This document shows, piece by piece, positions 45,232 through 55,521 of a stretch of DNA of 64,000 bases. This DNA is from an uncultured Anaerolineales bacterium (GTDB taxonomy: Bacteria > Chloroflexota > Anaerolineae > B4-G1). The position numbers and the translations under genes are program-made. Positions within the stretch are counted from its first letter, which is position 1. The number at the start of each line of letters is the position of its first letter. The stretch covers positions 56,221 through 120,220 of the forward strand of contig CAYVCX010000003.1 of the NCBI GenBank assembly GCA_964450435.1, in the 5' to 3' direction. The notes beneath the pieces were generated by a model that saw only the letters and a program-made list of their open reading frames with translations, had not been told where the DNA came from and searched no databases.

Positions 45232-46556
45232 AGAGAGCTGAAGAAGTCCTCAAAGGCCTGGAGCACATACGCGATGCGCGCGTCGTTCAGGCCCGGATAG
45301 ACTCCGATGAAGAACGAAGAGCGCAGGATCCGGTCCGCATTAGGCAGACTGCCCACTGTCCGATGCTTGATCTGGCGGTAGCCGGGCTGGCGAACGAGAT
45401 TGCCCGCAAGAAGCAGTCGCGTCTCGATACGCCGCCCCTCCAGAAACCTGATCAGGTCTCGGCGGGAGAACGGGGCACCGCCTCTGACCGTCAGCGGTAG
45501 GGCGAACCAGGCGGGATCAGCGCGCTCGCTCCAGGTTGGCAGAACCAGAAACTGCTCGTAGGGCTTCAAGCCTTCGTGCAGCGCGCGGAAGTTCTGCTTG
45601 CGGGTCTTCACGAAGTCAGGTAGCTTCTCGAGTTGTGCCAACCCGACCGCGGCTTGCACGTCTGTCATCTTCATATTGTAGCCGATCTCTACGTACACAT
45701 AGCGGTGGTCATACGGCTCGTCAAGGCCTGGGATCGACCAGTCGAATCGATGCCCACAGGCGCCGTCTGCTGGGCTATCATACGTGCATCGGCAGTCGCG
45801 TCCCCAGTCGCGCAGGCTGCACAGGATGCGCTTCAGACGAGAGCTGTCGGTGGCTACGGCGCCGCCCTCTCCCGTCGTCATATGATGAGAAGGGTAGAAG
45901 CTGAATGTGGCCATACTGCCAAATGTGCCCACCATTTGTCCGTCGTACGTGGACCCGAGGGCCTCGCACGTGTCTTCGATGATGTAGAGCTCATGTGCTT
46001 CCGCAAAGTCCATCACCGGCTCCATCTCGACCGGATTGCCCAACATGTGGGCCAGAAAGATGGCTCGCGTCCGTTCAGAGAGAGCCAACTCCAGCTGCTC
46101 TGTATCGAGATTGTATGTTCCAGGTCGACAGTCGATGAACACCGGCACCAGGGCGTTCTGTACGATGGGAGCTGTGGTGGTTGGGAAGCCCATCGCGGCC
46201 GTGATCACTTCGTCGCCTGGTTCCAGCTTCCGTTCCAGACGCGGTGATCGGAGCGCTGAGACTGCCATGAGGTTCGCTGACGATCCGGAGTTAACTGCCA
46301 AGGCTCGCTTCACTCCTACGAAGTCTGCGAGCCCTTCCTCAAAGGCCTCCGTGCGCGGGCCAACCGTGAGCCAGAAATCGAGTACGGCGTCAACAGCGCT
46401 GACCAATTCCCTCTCGTCGTAGACGCGCCCCGCGTAGTGGACGCGGGACTCGCCCGGAACAAACCCTCGATCCGCGTGAGCCTGACGGTAGTATTCGGCG
46501 ACTTGGTCCAGAATCCGCCGGCGCAGGGTTTCACCTTCGTTGGCCTCAGGCATCAT
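45228..46556 (-). CDS. rfbH: CDP-4-dehydro-6-deoxyglucose 3-dehydrase (E1; RfbH/DdhC, DegT family)
   Basis: 442 aa DegT-fold protein. The conserved PLP lysine is replaced by His (SFYPSHHMTTGEGG). Cys spacing C-X57-C-X1-C-X9-C is close to the E1 [2Fe-2S] motif C-X57-C-X1-C-X7-C. Confidence 0.8.
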   Translation of the reverse strand: MMPEANEGETLRRRILDQVAEYYRQAHADRGFVPGESRVHYAGRVYDERELVSAVDAVLDFWLTVGPRTEAFEEGLADFVGVKRALAVNSGSSANLMAVSALRSPRLERKLEPGDEVITAAMGFPTTTAPIVQNALVPVFIDCRPGTYNLDTEQLELALSERTRAIFLAHMLGNPVEMEPVMDFAEAHELYIIEDTCEALGSTYDGQMVGTFGSMATFSFYPSHHMTTGEGGAVATDSSRLKRILCSLRDWGRDCRCTYDSPADGACGHRFDWSIPGLDEPYDHRYVYVEIGYNMKMTDVQAAVGLAQLEKLPDFVKTRKQNFRALHEGLKPYEQFLVLPTWSERADPAWFALPLTVRGGAPFSRRDLIRFLEGRRIETRLLLAGNLVRQPGYRQIKHRTVGSLPNADRILRSSFFIGVYPGLNDARIAYVLQAFEDFFSSL

Positions 46557-47500
46557 AGCACTCTATCCCTTCGCCTCTGGTTGGTTATCGTGGCGGAAAG
46601 CCCCTCGTCAAGAGTGGTGACGGCGCGCCACCCGGTTAGCTGAGCGGTGCGCTCAGCATTGGCGACCAGGTGCATCGGCTCGCCCGGGCGATATGGCAGA
46701 TCGCCAGAGCGCACCTCTCCCTCTGCGCCGGTCAACTGCCAGATGCGATCCACGATGTGGTGAACGGGATGGCCCACCCCTGTCCCGATATCCAGGCTTT
46801 CCCCGTCAATACCCGGCGCTTCGGCGGCGTCCATCATGCCCCTCACCACATCTTCCACGTAAACGAAGTCCCGGATCTGCTCACCAGCCGTCGTTGAGAA
46901 ATCGTCCCCTGAGTGGGCCGCCCGGATAACTGCCGGGATCAACGCCCTGTCTGCCTGACCGGAGCCGTAGACCTGAAAGGGACGCACCGTAATAACCGGC
47001 AGTCCACGCGCTCGCCAGTACATGCGTCCGTAGGCCCACGCAGCCACCTTCGATGCGGCATAGGCGTTGAAAGGGTCCAGTCTTTCCATCGCTTCCCGAC
47101 TTCCGTACTCGTGACTGGTGCCCACCAGCACGATCCGGCTCACATCGCTTCCTCGCAGCGCTTCCAGCACATTGACGGCGCCACCCGCATTCACCAGCAG
47201 CGCCAACATCGGGTCGATGGCTGGATCGGTGACGCCGGCAGCCGCAAGATGGAACACCACGTCGGGTTCCACCTTGTCTACCGTGGCTTGCACTGCCTCG
47301 GCATCGCGCACGTCAAAGGCTACTCGGCAGGGGTTCAGGGACGAGGGGGCAGGTGGCGAGTTTGTTTCGCTGCGTGGGGGCATTCCCGCAACTACGTCTG
47401 CTTCGTGGCCTTGCAGTCGGTGCACCAGGTGTTGTCCAATGAATCCTGACGCGCCCGTGATCAGGACGCGCTTCTTCCTCCAGTGCCTCACTGCGCCCAC
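46553..47500 (-). CDS. NAD(P)-dependent epimerase/reductase (CDP-dideoxyhexose 4-reductase/epimerase-like)
   Basis: VLITGASGFIGQHLV Rossmann motif and YAASKVAAW (YxxxK). 315 aa. Sits between rfbH and rfbG. Confidence 0.7.
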   Translation of the reverse strand: MGAVRHWRKKRVLITGASGFIGQHLVHRLQGHEADVVAGMPPRSETNSPPAPSSLNPCRVAFDVRDAEAVQATVDKVEPDVVFHLAAAGVTDPAIDPMLALLVNAGGAVNVLEALRGSDVSRIVLVGTSHEYGSREAMERLDPFNAYAASKVAAWAYGRMYWRARGLPVITVRPFQVYGSGQADRALIPAVIRAAHSGDDFSTTAGEQIRDFVYVEDVVRGMMDAAEAPGIDGESLDIGTGVGHPVHHIVDRIWQLTGAEGEVRSGDLPYRPGEPMHLVANAERTAQLTGWRAVTTLDEGLSATITNQRRRDRVL

Positions 47501-47507
47501 GGTCTAG

Positions 47508-48521
47508 CTACTCGGTCAGGAAATCTCGGTACCAGCTCATGGTTTCCCGAAGTCCCTGTTTCAGCGAATATTGTGGTGCCCAATCGAGCGCCTGCTTCGC
47601 TCTGGTGCTGTCGAGATACTGTGCCGGAATCTCATTCCGGGCCTCTGCCAGGACGAGAGGTTCCAGCTCGGCCTGACCGGAGACCGTGATGATCGATTCT
47701 ACAACTTCCATCACCGTCTTGGGATTGTCCATGCCGATGTTGAATCCCTTACCCTTGACGTTCGCCGCATCCAGCCGTTCAGCCAGTCTGAGATAGGCGC
47801 TGACCGCGTCCTTGACGTAGAGGTAGTCGCGGATTAGCGTGCCGTCGGAACGGATTACGGGACGCTCGCCACGAATGACGCTCCGGATCGTGCCTGGAAT
47901 AAGGCGGCTCCAGTTTAGGTCTCCGCCGCCGTACAGATTGGCGCAACGGGTCACAGCCACGGGCAGATCGTACGTAGCGGCATAGCTTTGGGCTATGCGA
48001 TCAGCACACGCCTTGGACACGTCGTAGGGATGGAGTCCCCGGAGCGGAGCGCTCTCCGTGTAAGGCAGTTCCTGGTGGATGCCGTACGCTTTGTCTGAGG
48101 AAGCCACAACCACGCGCTGAACCTTCGGAGAACGGCGAGCTGCCTCCAGCAACGTCCAGGTGCCCTTGATGTTCGTCTCGAAGGTCGAAAGCGGGGCTCG
48201 GTTGGCAATAGGGACGATAGTCTGTGCCGCGAGGTGATACACGGTGTCAATCTCATACTCATTCAGCGCACGCTCGACCAACCGGTAGTCTGTCACGTCC
48301 CCATGCACCACACGGATGAGGTCTTGATATCCCGTCTGACGCAGCTGCGAGAAGGGAACCCGATCACGTATCAGTCCGGTCACAGCGGCACCTCTATCGA
48401 CCAGGGCGATGGTCAACCAGGAACCCAATATGCCATTGCATCCGGTGACGAAGACTGGACGATCGCGCCAGGAGAAGCCGATGCCTGTAGTCATGGCAGA
48501 ACTCAGTCCCATATCCTCCAT
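47508..48521 (-). CDS. rfbG: CDP-glucose 4,6-dehydratase
   Basis: FWRDRPVFVTGCNGILGSWL and YDVSKACAD fit RfbG/DdhB. The start may be an internal Met at 48494 or 48512. Confidence 0.8.
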   Translation of the reverse strand: MEDMGLSSAMTTGIGFSWRDRPVFVTGCNGILGSWLTIALVDRGAAVTGLIRDRVPFSQLRQTGYQDLIRVVHGDVTDYRLVERALNEYEIDTVYHLAAQTIVPIANRAPLSTFETNIKGTWTLLEAARRSPKVQRVVVASSDKAYGIHQELPYTESAPLRGLHPYDVSKACADRIAQSYAATYDLPVAVTRCANLYGGGDLNWSRLIPGTIRSVIRGERPVIRSDGTLIRDYLYVKDAVSAYLRLAERLDAANVKGKGFNIGMDNPKTVMEVVESIITVSGQAELEPLVLAEARNEIPAQYLDSTRAKQALDWAPQYSLKQGLRETMSWYRDFLTE

Positions 48522-49291
48522 GGGGCGCCTTTGCGCCAGATGCTGTTCATCTCCTGGGCATCCTTGAACGTGTCCATGGCGCGCCAGAAACCGGCATGCT
48601 CGTAGACAGCGAGCTGTCGGTCGGCAACCAGCTGTCTGAGGGGCTCCCTCTCCAGGATTACGTCATCGCCATCCCCCAGATAGTCGAAGATTCCTCGTTC
48701 AAACACGAAGAAGCCTCCGTTGATCGTCGCCTCCACGAGAGGTTTCTCCTCGAACTCCGTCACGACGCCCTGCTCGTCCGTTCGCAGCACACCGAAGCGC
48801 GAGAAGGATCTCACGCCGGTGACCGTTGCCACTCGGCCCATCTTACGGTGAAAGGCGAGCAGTTCATGCAGGTCGATGTCAGCCACCCCATCGCCGTAAG
48901 TGGCGAAGAAAGTCTCCTTCTCGATGTAGTGGGCAACCTTGCGTATGCGTGCCCCCGTTTCTGTGTGCAATCCAGTGTCGGCAAAGGTGATGCGCCAGCC
49001 TGTCTCTGGGCTCGGTCCCTGATACGTGATGCTCGGGCCTCCGTCAAGCATGAGAGTGAAATCTCGGCTCATGGCGTCATAGTCCAGGAAGTACCGTTTG
49101 ATGTCCTTCCCCCGGTACCCGAGTGCCAGGATGAAGTTCGTAAACCCCTGGGCGGCATAGATCTTCATCACGTGCCACAGAATGGGGTGTTGTCCCACTC
49201 TTACCAGCATCTTGGGCCGATCATCCCCCATCCGAATGCCCATCCCACCGCACAGGATCACCACGGGAGGTTGCTCACCGGTCACGGTCAT
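48503..49291 (-). CDS. rfbF: glucose-1-phosphate cytidylyltransferase
   Basis: [21 protein letters not shown]...[17 protein letters not shown] fits RfbF/DdhA. 262 aa. Confidence 0.85.
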   Translation of the reverse strand: MTVTGEQPPVVILCGGMGIRMGDDRPKMLVRVGQHPILWHVMKIYAAQGFTNFILALGYRGKDIKRYFLDYDAMSRDFTLMLDGGPSITYQGPSPETGWRITFADTGLHTETGARIRKVAHYIEKETFFATYGDGVADIDLHELLAFHRKMGRVATVTGVRSFSRFGVLRTDEQGVVTEFEEKPLVEATINGGFFVFERGIFDYLGDGDDVILEREPLRQLVADRQLAVYEHAGFWRAMDTFKDAQEMNSIWRKGAPWRIWD

Positions 49292-50339
49292 CCTCCAAGT
49301 CGCTGCTTGAATCGACCATCTGGGTCAGGGTGAGTGTCAGGGGTGGATAGGCAACGCCGTTCTCCGTCACGATCCCGCTGACGTATCGGTGTGGTGTAAT
49401 GTCGAAGGCTGGATTCGATACAGTCACACCCTCAGGCACAACAGGCTGGCCCTGATAGGTGATCTCGGTGATCTCGTCGGCGGGGCGTTCTTCGATGGGG
49501 ATGTCGTCGCCGCTGGGGAGCGAAAGGTCAACTGTCGAGGTCGGCACGCAAGGGTAGAAAGGGACGCCGTTGTCCCACGCCGCCAGGGCTAGCTTGTAGG
49601 TGCCTATCTTGTTAGCCACGTCGCCGTTGGCAGCCACGCGATCAGCCCCCACGAGAACGAGATCCACCTCTCCGCTTCGCAGGAAGTAGCCAGCAGCATT
49701 GTCGGCGATCAGCGTGAACGGGATGTCCAGCTGCTGCAATTCCCAGGCGGTGAGCCTGGCTCCCTGAAGCCGCGGTCGCGTCTCGTCCACCAGGACGTGA
49801 ACCTGTTTGCCTTGCTCATGCGCGGTGCGGATGACTCCTAGGGCGGTCCCGTAATCCACTGTCGCCAGAGCCCCGGTGTTGCAGTGGTGGAGGATCGTGT
49901 CCCCGTCGCGGACTAGAGCTGCACCGTATTGGCCCAGTCGCTTGTTGATCTCGACGTCTTCATCGGCCAGACTTTGGGCCTCTTCGAACAGGGTCTCGCG
50001 GATGGCGGTGGTGTCCGTACCGGTCTCGGCGCGGCGCATCATACGCGACACAGCCCACGAAAGATTGGCCGCCGTAGGACGAGCCGCCCTCAATGTGTTG
50101 GCTGCTTCATTCAACTCCGAGAGCAGCTCATCGCGATCTCTCGCTCGACTGCGGTGGGCGGCCAGTGCCATACCGAATGCGGCTGCTGCCCCGATGGCCG
50201 GCGCTCCCCGTATGGCCATGTCACGGATGGCGTCGGCAACTTCGACATGGCTCTCGCAGTCGAGCATCCGGCACTCCGCCGGGAGGAGTCGCTGGTCAAT
50301 CATCCGTACTCTGCCGTCGTGCCATGTAACACTCCGCAT
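49275..50339 (-). CDS. mtnA: S-methyl-5-thioribose-1-phosphate isomerase family (MtnA / 5-deoxyribose-1-P isomerase-like)
   Basis: [20 protein letters not shown]...[20 protein letters not shown] is the MtnA/eIF2B-like fold. Start at ATG 50339, downstream of GGAGG. The ORF as listed extends to 50444. Confidence 0.8.
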   Translation of the reverse strand: MRSVTWHDGRVRMIDQRLLPAECRMLDCESHVEVADAIRDMAIRGAPAIGAAAAFGMALAAHRSRARDRDELLSELNEAANTLRAARPTAANLSWAVSRMMRRAETGTDTTAIRETLFEEAQSLADEDVEINKRLGQYGAALVRDGDTILHHCNTGALATVDYGTALGVIRTAHEQGKQVHVLVDETRPRLQGARLTAWELQQLDIPFTLIADNAAGYFLRSGEVDLVLVGADRVAANGDVANKIGTYKLALAAWDNGVPFYPCVPTSTVDLSLPSGDDIPIEERPADEITEITYQGQPVVPEGVTVSNPAFDITPHRYVSGIVTENGVAYPPLTLTLTQMVDSSSDLEDDRDR

Positions 50340-50533
50340 CTTGCTACCTCCGTGTCCGCGGCCCTGCAGGTACCGTTGGCGTGATTCGAGCGCTTGCCCA
50401 CAGGTTTGCCCCTGCGGTTCGTCAGTCCAAGAACTCGCTCTCAAGCGTGGTTTCCGTCAAGCGGCGCGGTATGGTATCATGCGTAAACAGGGTTGTCAAC
50501 CACTCGGTCCCGTGCAGCGCCCATGTCATACCA

Positions 50534-50567
50534 AATGCGGCAGCGTGTGAACCTACGCTGCCGCATT
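50534..50567 (-). terminator. putative terminator hairpin after rpoC
   Basis: 13-bp perfect stem AAUGCGGCAGCGU with an 8-nt loop, followed on the minus strand by UUGGUAU, which is a weak U-tract. Confidence 0.45.
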
Positions 50568-50605
50568 CGATCTCACAGCATCAATGCTATCTCACCGGCG
50601 ACCGG

Positions 50606-53600
50606 TTACGCCGGAGTGGCGATGCCGAAGATCTCTGACTTCTTGACCTTTGGCTTCTCCTCTGCCTCTGCCTCTGCCTCTGCCTCAGCCTCTTCTGCCT
50701 CGGGCTCTTCCTCTGGCTCCGGCTTCTCCTCTTCCTCAACCGCTGGCTGCAGCGACACGCCCCCGAAGTTCTCAATGGGACCGTCCGAAGAGGGATTGTT
50801 GCCCCGGTACCCCGTCCCCGCCGGAATCAGCTTGCCAATGATCACATTCTCCTTCAGGCCCAACAAGGGGTCCTCTCTGCCCTCGGCGGCTGCCTCCGTC
50901 AGCACCCGGATCGTGTGCTGGAAGGACGCTGCGGAGAGGAAGCTCTCTGTATTCAGCGCTGCCTTCGTGATGCCCAGAAGCACCGGCATTGCCTTGGCCG
51001 GCTGCCCGCCCTGTTTCATCACCTCGCGATTGGTGTCCTCCAGCTCTAACCGCCGAATCAACCGGCCCGGGAGCAGATCTGTGTCGCCGGACTGGGTGAC
51101 TCTCACCTTGCTCAACATCTTACGGAAGATGATCTCGAAGTGCTTGTCGTTGATGTTCACCCCCTGAGAACGATAGACTTGTTGGACCTCAGAGAGCAGG
51201 TAATCTTCCGTGGCCTTGCGTCCCAGGACCCTGAGGATGTGGGCCGGATTCTTGACACCCTCCACTAACTGCGTGCCGGGCGCGATCTGCTGTCCTTCCT
51301 CAACCAGTATCCGTCCGGTCTGAGGGAGCTTGTGCTGAACCTCCCGTCGCTCCTCGTGAATCAGGGTGATGTGTCGATCGTCCACGACGACGCGACCATC
51401 CTCTTCGGCTTCGATCTGCTCATCATCCAACGAGGCTATCGGATCGCCAGCCTGAATGTCGTCACCGTCTTCGACCAGGATTGTCCATCCTTCTGCGATA
51501 TCGTGCTCGAACCTCTTCGTCCTGGTGTCCACGACAACAACGTATCGCTGCCCATCCGTCTTGTGAACGTGGGCAATCCCCCCTACCTCTGATATCGGGG
51601 CCTCGCCCTTGGGGGTCTTGCGTGCTTCGAAAAGCTCCTCCGCGCGGGGCAGACCAACTGTGATGTCACGACCTGCCGCGACGCCCCCGCTGTGGAATGT
51701 TCTGAGGGTCAGCTGCGTACCCGGCTCCCCGATCGACTGAGCAGCTACGATGCCGACCGCGGATCCGACCTCCACCATCTGCCCTCGTCCCAGATCGCGC
51801 CCGTAGCACAGAGCGCAGATACCGTGGCGTAGTTCACAGGTAAGAGGTGAGCGAACCAGCACCTCACCAATTTCATGTTTCTGGATCAGATCCACCGCGT
51901 CCTCATCGATCTCCTCATCCCGATCGACGATCAACTCGCCGGTCTCTGGATGAGCTATCGGGCTGGCTGCAATCCGCCCCACCAGTCGCTCGTGCAGGGT
52001 CTGCCCACCTACGTCCTCGTCTGGTCGGATCCATATGCCAGCTTGAGTTTCGCAGTCCTTCGCGTTGACGATTATGTCCTGAGCGACGTCAACCAGGCGA
52101 CGCGTCAGATAACCAGCGTCGGCGGTCCGCAGGGCGGTGTCGGCCAGCCCCTTTCGTGAACCGTGGGTGCTGATGAAGTACTCCAGCGCCGAGAGGCCCT
52201 CGCGCAGACTGCTGCGAATGGGCAGCGGGATGATGCGCCCGGACGGGTCGGCCATCAACCCCCGCATGCCCGCAAGCTGGGAGATCGGCCCGTATCCTCC
52301 CTTGGAGGCCCCGGATCGAGCCATGACGGATACTGTGCTGGTCTCAGGTTGGGCTTGAGCCACGACATCGGCCACTTTTTCTCTCGCCCGTGACCAGAGT
52401 TCCACCGTCCGCGTATACTGCTCTTCCTCGGTCAGCAGTCCGCGACGATATTGGCGATCCACCTCCGTCACCGTGTCCTCCGTCCTCGCGAGGATTTCGT
52501 ACTTCTCGTAAGGAATGACGAGATCCGAGATAGCTATTGTGATGCCAGATTGGGTGGCGTATTGGAATCCCAGATCCTTGAGGCGGTCTGCTACTTCTGT
52601 TGTCTTCTCACGTCCCAGCCGTCGATAGCTAAGAGCGACCAGATCCTGAAGGGAGGTCTTGTCCAATGCGCGGTTGATGAAGCGAATCCCATCCGGCAGC
52701 GCCCTGTTGAAGATGCAGCGGCCTACTGTAGTTTTGATCGGCTCGTCGGGTGCCGGCTTGTCGTCGTACACCTGCGCTATCAGGACTGAGGCGTGAAGAT
52801 CGACGTGCCCCAGACTGTAGGCCAATTCGAGTTCATCTAGGTCGACAAACGGCTTGGGTTTCTCCTCGGCGTATCGTGGGTCCTCCATGGTCAGGTAGTA
52901 GATGCCCAGGCACATGTCCTTCGTCGGGCCCACTAGCGGCTGTCCGTTCGCCGGCTTGAGAAGGTTACGCGTGGAGAGCATCAACTGGCGTGCTTCCTCG
53001 ACGGCTCTCTCAGAAAGCGGGACGTGCACCGCCATCTGATCGCCGTCGAAGTCCGCGTTGAAAGCGGGGCATACCAGCGGGTGAAGCTGGATCGCTTTAC
53101 CTTCGATCAGCGTGGGCTCAAAGGCCTGAATGCCCAAGCGGTGCAGGGTCGGCGCGCGGTTCAGGAGTACCGGGCGATCTTTTATCACCTCCTCCAGGAC
53201 TTCCCAGACCTCAGGCCGCTCTCGCTCAATAAGGCGCTTGGCAGCCTTGACGTTGGTGGCGTAGTTGTACTCGACCAGTTTGCTTATCACAAAAGGACGA
53301 TAGAGCTCAAGAGCCATTGTCTTGGGGAGACCACACTGGTGCATACTCAGCTCTGGCCCCACAATGATGACCGAGCGACCAGAGTAGTCGACACGTTTGC
53401 CCAGCAGGTTGCGTCGGAACCGCCCTTTCTTGCCCTTCAGCATATCACTGAGCGATTTCAACTCTCTGTGACCGTGGCGGGAGCGCGCCTTGCCGCGGCT
53501 GTTGTCGATCAGGCAGTCTACTGCCTCCTGCAGCATACGCTTCTCGTTGCGCACGATCACGTCTGGTGCGCCAAGCTCCAGTAGGCGCTTCAGCCGGTTG

Positions 53601-54952
53601 TTGCGGTTGATCACCCGTCGATAGAGATCATTTAGATCCGAGGTGGCGAATCGCCCACCATCGAGTTGCACCATAGGGCGCAAATCAGGGGGGATGACGG
53701 GCAAGACAGTCAGAATGATCCACTCAGGCTTATTGCCGCTCCTGCGCAGAGCCTCGACGATGCGGAGGCGTCTTCTGGCCCTCTTGCGGCGCGTCTTTGA
53801 AGTATCGTGGCGCACCTGGTGCCACAGCTCGTCGGCAAGTTTCTCCAGATCGAGGTCGGAGAGAATCTCATGGAAAGCTTCGGCGCCCATGCCAGCCCTG
53901 AAGACTTGCCCCCACTTACTTCTAAGCTCCCGCAGCCGCGGCTCGCCGATGCACTGGTACTTGGCTAGACTTAGGACTTCCTCTCGATCAGCGTCAAGCT
54001 CGGCCCGCCACTCCTCGATTTCATCCCTCCCACGTTCTCGGATCTGATCCATCTCGTCCTGAGTAGCCTCACGCCAGTGTTCGAGATCTTGTTCCAACGG
54101 GGCGAGTTCTTCTTCTCGCTGGGCTTCCAACTTGTCCTCAGTCTCACTGAGGTGATCCTGAACCGTCTCATTCAGCGCCGTAAGATGCTCGCGTCCCACG
54201 ACCTCACCTTGCTCGGCGATGATCTCACCCGTCGGTTTGAAGACAATTGGTGCTTGGAGGGTCTCGCCTTGCCGGTCTTCGATCTTCTTCTGCAGTGATT
54301 GCGCTTCCTCGACGACCTCGCCGGTTGCCTCTGTGAGATTGTCATCGAACTTGCGACGAATTCCCTCAATCCGCTCCTCGATCTTAGTCGTTTCCTCCTC
54401 CAGCCGCTCCTCCAGGGCTGCAAGGCTCTCTTCAGCTACTCCCTCCCGCTTTTCCTTCCTCTCTTCGAATTCCTCCTCCATCCGCTGCAGAGCTTTCTGG
54501 CGTGCATCCTCGTTGACGTTGATGATGATGTACTTGGCGAAGTAGAGCACGCGATCCATATCACGCTTACGGATTCCGATTAGCTTGCTCAGGTGATTGG
54601 GGACGCGGCGAGTGTACCAGGTGTGTGCTACTGGAGCAGCCAGATCGATATGTCCCATTCGCTCGCGCCGCACCGATGAACGGGTGACCTCGACGCCGCA
54701 TTTATCACAGATGATGCCTTTGTAGCGGATGTTCTTGTACTTGCCGCAGTAGCACTGGTAATCCTTCGTGGGGCCGAATATGGCTTCACAGAAGAGACCG
54801 TCCTTCTCAGGACGAAGGCGACGGTAGTTGATCGTCTCAGGCTTGGTGACCTCTCCGTAAGACCAGGAATGAATGTCTTCGGGTGATGCGAGCTTGATGC
54901 GCAGGCTGCGGAAATCCTGCGCCTCCAGCATACTGTCATTTCGATTATTCAT
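50606..54952 (-). CDS. rpoC: DNA-directed RNA polymerase subunit beta'
   Basis: 1448 aa with the zinc-binding CxC...C, the NADFDGDQM catalytic loop and trigger-loop regions. The C-terminal tail of about 60 aa is acidic ([29 protein letters not shown]). Confidence 0.95.
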   Translation of the reverse strand: MNNRNDSMLEAQDFRSLRIKLASPEDIHSWSYGEVTKPETINYRRLRPEKDGLFCEAIFGPTKDYQCYCGKYKNIRYKGIICDKCGVEVTRSSVRRERMGHIDLAAPVAHTWYTRRVPNHLSKLIGIRKRDMDRVLYFAKYIIINVNEDARQKALQRMEEEFEERKEKREGVAEESLAALEERLEEETTKIEERIEGIRRKFDDNLTEATGEVVEEAQSLQKKIEDRQGETLQAPIVFKPTGEIIAEQGEVVGREHLTALNETVQDHLSETEDKLEAQREEELAPLEQDLEHWREATQDEMDQIRERGRDEIEEWRAELDADREEVLSLAKYQCIGEPRLRELRSKWGQVFRAGMGAEAFHEILSDLDLEKLADELWHQVRHDTSKTRRKRARRRLRIVEALRRSGNKPEWIILTVLPVIPPDLRPMVQLDGGRFATSDLNDLYRRVINRNNRLKRLLELGAPDVIVRNEKRMLQEAVDCLIDNSRGKARSRHGHRELKSLSDMLKGKKGRFRRNLLGKRVDYSGRSVIIVGPELSMHQCGLPKTMALELYRPFVISKLVEYNYATNVKAAKRLIERERPEVWEVLEEVIKDRPVLLNRAPTLHRLGIQAFEPTLIEGKAIQLHPLVCPAFNADFDGDQMAVHVPLSERAVEEARQLMLSTRNLLKPANGQPLVGPTKDMCLGIYYLTMEDPRYAEEKPKPFVDLDELELAYSLGHVDLHASVLIAQVYDDKPAPDEPIKTTVGRCIFNRALPDGIRFINRALDKTSLQDLVALSYRRLGREKTTEVADRLKDLGFQYATQSGITIAISDLVIPYEKYEILARTEDTVTEVDRQYRRGLLTEEEQYTRTVELWSRAREKVADVVAQAQPETSTVSVMARSGASKGGYGPISQLAGMRGLMADPSGRIIPLPIRSSLREGLSALEYFISTHGSRKGLADTALRTADAGYLTRRLVDVAQDIIVNAKDCETQAGIWIRPDEDVGGQTLHERLVGRIAASPIAHPETGELIVDRDEEIDEDAVDLIQKHEIGEVLVRSPLTCELRHGICALCYGRDLGRGQMVEVGSAVGIVAAQSIGEPGTQLTLRTFHSGGVAAGRDITVGLPRAEELFEARKTPKGEAPISEVGGIAHVHKTDGQRYVVVVDTRTKRFEHDIAEGWTILVEDGDDIQAGDPIASLDDEQIEAEEDGRVVVDDRHITLIHEERREVQHKLPQTGRILVEEGQQIAPGTQLVEGVKNPAHILRVLGRKATEDYLLSEVQQVYRSQGVNINDKHFEIIFRKMLSKVRVTQSGDTDLLPGRLIRRLELEDTNREVMKQGGQPAKAMPVLLGITKAALNTESFLSAASFQHTIRVLTEAAAEGREDPLLGLKENVIIGKLIPAGTGYRGNNPSSDGPIENFGGVSLQPAVEEEEKPEPEEEPEAEEAEAEAEAEAEEKPKVKKSEIFGIATPA
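50661..50696. repeat. hexanucleotide tandem repeat (TCTGCC)n inside the 3' end of rpoC
   Basis: Four perfect and two imperfect copies. It encodes the (EA)n stretch of the beta' C-terminal tail. Confidence 0.8.
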
Positions 54953-55073
54953 CGTCCTTCCTGTTTTTCTAGGGAGTTCTCTAGCGTAGAAGAAGCGCTG
55001 AAGGCTTCTCGACGCTCAGCGCTCAGCGCCTCGTGTAGGATTACGTAGAGTTCTGGTCTAATCGCAAACCTCC

Positions 55074-55101
55074 ATTATAGGGCATTCTGCAGCTCTGTCA
55101 A
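55074..55101 (-). promoter_or_regulatory. consensus sigma-A promoter of rpoC
   Basis: On the minus strand: TTGACA, a 16-nt spacer, then TATAAT, about 115 nt upstream of the rpoC ATG. The leader holds a GCGCUGA hairpin and an AGGAAGGA SD. Confidence 0.55.
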
Positions 55102-55521
55102 GTTGGTGTCCACCCGCGGGTGCACTTCAACTTGGGGGCAGACAGCCCCAGGTTGCCGCGAGAATGAGCCAGGCAAGACTATGAGATGTACACTGGAGCT
55201 TCTGAAGGTGGTTTTGGTTCACTTTTCCAAAGTTTTGCCCCGAGACTGAAATGCACCCTCCACCCGCTGAACCCTTCCTTACGGCTCTCTTTCAGGTCCC
55301 AGGGTTTCCGTCCTTCACCTCGCAGGCTGCTTCTCGGGTCCCCGCGCAACACACGTGTTGCGCTAAGGTCTGAAGACTTGTGTGTATTGATGGGGTGCGC
55401 CTGCCCAATCCTGAACATCAGTAGCCTCGGCCTCACGATCCCATTCGCTGTTCGAGGCTTTCCAGCACCAGACGAGGGCCCCCTGGCGCAATGGCGCCCT
55501 CTCCCCGTAGCCTCCTGCCGG

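Noticed and set aside
50641-50720. Possible CRISPR-like short repeats (TCTGCC units)
   Set aside because: It is a 6-nt microsatellite inside the rpoC coding region that encodes the EA-rich tail. There is no spacer-repeat architecture and no cas genes.
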